Virus record (IMG/VR): IMGVR_UViG_3300030107_005396
DNA: 20,000 bases
Strand: one strand, 5' to 3'
Source: an uncultured virus (IMG/VR IMGVR_UViG_3300030107_005396)
Taxonomy: Duplodnaviria; Heunggongvirae; Uroviricota; Caudoviricetes
A program made the position numbers and the translations under genes. The number at the start of each line of letters is the position of its first letter. Position 1 is the stretch's first letter. The notes beneath the pieces are model-generated. The model had not been told where the DNA came from and did not search any database. It saw only the letters and a list, made by a program, of their open reading frames with translations. This document shows positions 16,063-20,000 of the stretch, in pieces.

Positions 16063-17065
16063 TAAAGTCGTCATCCTCACGGATTTGCATCTAAGGTCTG
16101 ATTACCTTCCGGGGTTTTTAGAAAGACAAGTAGAAACGCTTTTAGACTTGGTTAACAAGAAGCCATGTTCTCACGTCGTTATTAATGGGGATATCTTTGA
16201 ACGTAGAAACCCTAACTCTGAGGAGATACTTGCGTTTGATTATATGTTGGACCAAATGAAAAACAAGGAGGTTATCATCAATAGAGGTAACCACGACACA
16301 ATGAGAAAAGATGGTACGTCTGATACCATACTCTCTGTGTTCTCATCTAAAGCCCACGTAGTTAAGGACACTGAAACGGTTCGGATTGGCTCGGTAGATT
16401 TTGATATCATCCCTCACTATGAAGATGAAGACCGAATCATCGAGGATTTAAAAGCCACGAAGAACCCGGTGTTCGGTCACTTTGGTTATGACGGGTGTAT
16501 TGATGGAGCTTACGCTATGGAAGCACGAGTAAAGCATTGGCACTTTAAGAAAAAGCCTTGGGCTTTCTTAGGTCACATTCACAGACCTAACATATACAAG
16601 AACGTAGTCATCCTAGGTACTCAGTACTCTAATACGTTCGGGGAACCTAATGCTCAGAAGTATATTCACGAACTTGTTATTCGTGATGGCGAGGTAGAAA
16701 TGATTAGAAAGACAATCGACAAAGGTATCAAACATTTAGTGTGTACCTTAGATGAGTTACCTAAACTAGCGAAGAAACATAGAATAGAAAATTTCTTCAC
16801 GTTGCTAAGAGTCAAACTTGACCGTTTAGATTCGTACACGGAAGAACGTCTGAAAGAAGAGCTGTTTGCTCAGTACCCAATTCAAAGCTTGGACTTGGTG
16901 TTTGAAGATGTCTTCCCTAAGTTTGAGTCCGACTACACCCCCGAGCAAAAAATATTTACTTTGGACGATAAGATTATAGATGATTACATCAATGCTAGTG
17001 AAACTGTCTTTACTAAACCTGAACTACTAGACGCTTTAGAGGAGATTAAACATGCAGCTAAATAA
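16049..17065 (+). CDS. Mre11/SbcD-like recombination nuclease subunit (T4 gp47-like)
   Basis: Metallophosphoesterase motifs DLH, GDIF, GNHD, GHF and GHIH. Start at ATG 16049 overlaps the polymerase end. Confidence 0.92.
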   Translation: MLKNSKVVILTDLHLRSDYLPGFLERQVETLLDLVNKKPCSHVVINGDIFERRNPNSEEILAFDYMLDQMKNKEVIINRGNHDTMRKDGTSDTILSVFSSKAHVVKDTETVRIGSVDFDIIPHYEDEDRIIEDLKATKNPVFGHFGYDGCIDGAYAMEARVKHWHFKKKPWAFLGHIHRPNIYKNVVILGTQYSNTFGEPNAQKYIHELVIRDGEVEMIRKTIDKGIKHLVCTLDELPKLAKKHRIENFFTLLRVKLDRLDSYTEERLKEELFAQYPIQSLDLVFEDVFPKFESDYTPEQKIFTLDDKIIDDYINASETVFTKPELLDALEEIKHAAK

Positions 17066-18662
17066 AATCGAGATACATAATTTTCTTTCTATTAAACAAG
17101 CAACTGTGGATTTCGATTCCTATGGAAACCTTGTTAGGATTATAGGAAAGAACTTTGATACGAAGCCCACAGGTTCTAACGGAGCAGGCAAAAGTTCTAT
17201 TATAGAAGCGGTTATGTTTGCTTTGTTTGGAAAAACAATTAGAACTACAAATGACAAAAGTTTAAAAAATTATCATACAAAAGGTAAGTGTCGTGTCGTT
17301 CTTACTGTTAACGGGGATACTGTTATTGAACGTATTAAGAAACCTTCACGTCTTGCTGTTACGGTAGGGGATGAAAACTGTACTAAAGAATCGATGAAGG
17401 CTACCCAAAAATACTTGGAGCAGATTCTAAATATCAACCACCAAGTGTTCTTAGCTTCTATTGTATTTGGTCAACAGAACTCTTCTAACTTCTTAACAGC
17501 TACCCCTGAAGAGAAGAGAGCTATTATCCAAAACTTCTTATCTGTGGGGGACTTGTTTAAGAAACGGTCTACCATTAAATCATTGAAGTCTAGTTATCTT
17601 GGCGATAAAAAGATAAATCTTACTTTACATAATGATGGTGCAAGTAAAATTGAAAAATTAGATAAGAAAATAAAGAAGTTACGTCAACTTAAAAAACAAT
17701 CGAAAAGCCTTTTTACTCCTGAGCAATTTAAATTTATTTTTTCTCATTCGTTGAGTGAAATACAGGAGAAAGAAAGAGCTTATCACCAGAAAGATTTAGA
17801 GTACGAGACCGCCATAACCCACCGAGAAGTTTTACGCGAACGTATACTCAGAACTCACTCAGTCGCTAAAGGCTTGAAAGAAACAAATTGTGAGCATTGT
17901 GGGGAGTTGTCCACAGCTAACACCACCAAGCTTAAAGAACTAGAGGATGATATGCAAGAGTGGTCCCAAGAAGAACGGGCTAAAGTAAAAGAAATACAAA
18001 AGCTCGGCAAAGATGTAGATGCTATGCGTATACCTGTCACTGTAGCTGAGTTTGAAAGTGTAGAAAAATTTAAAGAAGTTGACACAGAGATAAAGATATT
18101 GAGTAAACAGCTGCGTGGAGAGAAAGCTCTCGTCAAGAAGTACGGAGACCTCTCTACCGAAGCACAAAAACATTATGACCTGATGAGGTATTGGGAGTAC
18201 GCTTTCTCAGAAGTTGGATTAATTAAATATGTTATTAGAAACATTTTGGATTATCTTAACGAACGATGTAACTCGTATCTCAGCAGTATAACTAAAGGAA
18301 ATTTTTCTATAAAATTTGATGACTCTCTTGATGAAACCATCTATAATAATGGGAACGAATCACATTTCGATTCTCTTTCAGGAGGAGAAAAGAAAAGGGT
18401 ATCACTAGCCGTGATGCTTGGTCTCAACGACCTCCTACTTCTGACTGGAAAAGAGAGGTCGAACATCATCTTCTTTGATGAGGTAGCTGAATCGTTAGAT
18501 GAGGACGGCGTAAAAGGTTTGATTGAACTGATTCACCAACTCACAAAACACAAAAAATTGTTCTTAATTACTCATAATGAATATTTAAATTCACTACTTG
18601 AAGAATATTCTGAAACTTTAACGGTGGTAAAACGTAATAATCTTACCAAAATTACTAAATAA
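17052..18662 (+). CDS. Rad50/SbcC-like ATPase (T4 gp46-like)
   Basis: Walker A GSNGAGKSS, Q-loop FGQ, zinc hook CEHC, signature LSGGEKKR, Walker B IIFFDE and H-loop ITH. Confidence 0.95.
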   Translation: MQLNKIEIHNFLSIKQATVDFDSYGNLVRIIGKNFDTKPTGSNGAGKSSIIEAVMFALFGKTIRTTNDKSLKNYHTKGKCRVVLTVNGDTVIERIKKPSRLAVTVGDENCTKESMKATQKYLEQILNINHQVFLASIVFGQQNSSNFLTATPEEKRAIIQNFLSVGDLFKKRSTIKSLKSSYLGDKKINLTLHNDGASKIEKLDKKIKKLRQLKKQSKSLFTPEQFKFIFSHSLSEIQEKERAYHQKDLEYETAITHREVLRERILRTHSVAKGLKETNCEHCGELSTANTTKLKELEDDMQEWSQEERAKVKEIQKLGKDVDAMRIPVTVAEFESVEKFKEVDTEIKILSKQLRGEKALVKKYGDLSTEAQKHYDLMRYWEYAFSEVGLIKYVIRNILDYLNERCNSYLSSITKGNFSIKFDDSLDETIYNNGNESHFDSLSGGEKKRVSLAVMLGLNDLLLLTGKERSNIIFFDEVAESLDEDGVKGLIELIHQLTKHKKLFLITHNEYLNSLLEEYSETLTVVKRNNLTKITK

Positions 18663-18674
18663 AACGGATAGAAA

Positions 18675-18962
18675 ATGGAATATACCCCTAATGGAAAAAG
18701 ACTCATCGTCTCTCGTAAGAAGCACGATATAAAGACCAAATCAGGTATTGTACTACCTGATGCTGTAACTGAAAAAAAGCTTAGCGAAGGATATATAGAA
18801 CGTATAGCAATCGGATGTGAAGGAGAGCATTGGGAAGAAGGAATGCATGTCATCTTCGCCCAATTTGCAGGACAAGAAATTAGTGTAGACGGGAATGTGT
18901 ACTTAGTTCTTCCTGAAGATGATGTTCTCGTATACGGTTGGGATAAAGACGGAGCAGAGTAA
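18675..18962 (+). CDS. groES: Co-chaperonin GroES (cpn10)
   Basis: PNGKRLIV, mobile loop KTKSGIVLP, G..VIFAQFAGQEI.VDG..YLVL.EDDVL; 95 aa. Confidence 0.9.
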   Translation: MEYTPNGKRLIVSRKKHDIKTKSGIVLPDAVTEKKLSEGYIERIAIGCEGEHWEEGMHVIFAQFAGQEISVDGNVYLVLPEDDVLVYGWDKDGAE

Positions 18963-20000
18963 TGGGTTACGAGATTCCAGAAAACTCCCTTGCGGAGACT
19001 ATCTTCATGGATAAATATGCTTATCCAGGCGAGAAGTCGTGGAAGGAATGCGCAAAGCGAGTGGCTAAAGCCGCCTCTGACCCTGAATTCCCTGAGAACA
19101 GGGAGAAGTTTGAACATAAGTTTTATGAGGCTATTAACAGCGGGGACTTCTGTCCGGGCGGACGTATATTATTTGGCTCAGGAAGAAGCCACCAGAACAT
19201 GTTAAATTGTTATGTGTTGGACCCTGAGGACTCAGTAGAAAGTATTGGAAAAGTTATTTCTGATATGTACAAAATTTCATGCGGTGGAGGGGGTATCGGC
19301 TTCAACTTCTCCAAAATTAGACCTAAAGGGGATAACATTCAAAATATTAAGAATTCTGCGCCCGGTTCTATTTCGGTTATGAGAATGATTAACGAGATTG
19401 GTAATCATGTCAGAGCAGGAAAGAACCGTCGTACAGCGTTAATGTCTATTTTAGATATTACGCACCCAGATTTTTTAGAGTTTTTACACGTAAAACTTGA
19501 CCGAAATGAACTAACTAATTTCAATGTCTCCGTAGCAATCACTAAACGATTTGTGGAGGCGGTTGAAAGAGATGAAGAATGGTACTTTACTTTCGGGGGT
19601 AGGCAAAATAAATACTTTGTCTACGAAGTTGAGCGCATATCGGAGTCAGGCAATGATGTCATCGATGTCGTGGCTAAAGACGAAGAAGACGCACTTGGTA
19701 GAGCGCAGCTTCATAACCTTAAACATTACGCGGATACATTTACAGGAGTTAAGAAGAAGGAAATCCGCGCTCGTGAACTTTGGGAACGCATTGTGGACAA
19801 TGCTATTGAATCAGGGGAACCGGGCATCTTCAACATTGATTTTGCTAACGAATACACTAACGTCTCTTATTTCGAACACATGCCTGCTACTAATCCTTGC
19901 GGGGAAGAAGTCCTCCCTGCTTACGGTAACTGTTGCCTTGGTCACGTCAATCTTGCTAATATGGTTGATATGGATGGCAATGTCGATTGGCGCAGGCTTG
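18962..20000 (+). CDS. nrdJ: Ribonucleotide reductase large subunit, probably class II (B12-dependent), 3'-truncated
   Basis: Not in the ORF track; translated manually from ATG 18962 (TAATG overlap with groES): MGYEIPENSLAETIFMDKYAYPGE, FCPGGRILFGSG, NCYV, GGGGIGFNFSKIRP, NFNVSV, SGEPG, TNPCGE, NCCLGHVNL. There is no N-terminal ATP cone. Confidence 0.88.
   Translation, partial: MGYEIPENSLAETIFMDKYAYPGEKSWKECAKRVAKAASDPEFPENREKFEHKFYEAINSGDFCPGGRILFGSGRSHQNMLNCYVLDPEDSVESIGKVISDMYKISCGGGGIGFNFSKIRPKGDNIQNIKNSAPGSISVMRMINEIGNHVRAGKNRRTALMSILDITHPDFLEFLHVKLDRNELTNFNVSVAITKRFVEAVERDEEWYFTFGGRQNKYFVYEVERISESGNDVIDVVAKDEEDALGRAQLHNLKHYADTFTGVKKKEIRARELWERIVDNAIESGEPGIFNIDFANEYTNVSYFEHMPATNPCGEEVLPAYGNCCLGHVNLANMVDMDGNVDWRRL

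Noticed and set aside
762..18173. Other short alternative-frame and antisense ORFs in the track (e.g. 847-1110, 2302-2568, 5392-5727, 14442-14882, 17855-18136)
   Set aside because: They are nested in or overlap well-supported genes and look like codon-bias shadows.
18572..19205. ORFs 18572-19117 (-) and 18990-19205 (+)
   Set aside because: They overlap groES and the RNR frame, which have clear family motifs.
1..20000. CRISPR array, tRNA, rRNA, transposase or stop-codon reassignment
   Set aside because: Intergenic gaps are all under about 80 nt, no repeat-spacer or cloverleaf pattern was seen, and genes read full-length in the standard code.

Overview
This window is 20 kb of a T4-like (gp21/gp22/gp23/gp13/gp15/gp18/gp19/gp55-type) contractile-tailed phage genome. 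The left half (1-8400) is a rearranged virion module: prohead protease, scaffold, major capsid, neck, tail completion, sheath and tube. The middle holds an 804-aa orphan, a Holliday-junction resolvase, a cysteine-less thioredoxin-fold protein and a short gp55-like late sigma factor. The right half is a replication module that departs from T4. Its family A DNA polymerase carries a degenerate uracil-DNA-glycosylase-like N-terminal domain and is split inside the 3'-5' exonuclease domain into two genes. A type II glutamine synthetase and a small ORF sit between the halves. These are followed by Mre11/Rad50-like gp47/gp46, a GroES co-chaperonin and a probable class II ribonucleotide reductase that runs off the end and is absent from the supplied ORF track. 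The most notable signals are the split UDG-PolA with metabolic cargo, and a 9-aa peptide (EATTVGNLG) shared at protein level only between the major capsid protein's predicted maturation site and the protein upstream of the protease. All calls come from motif recognition by eye; no searches were run.
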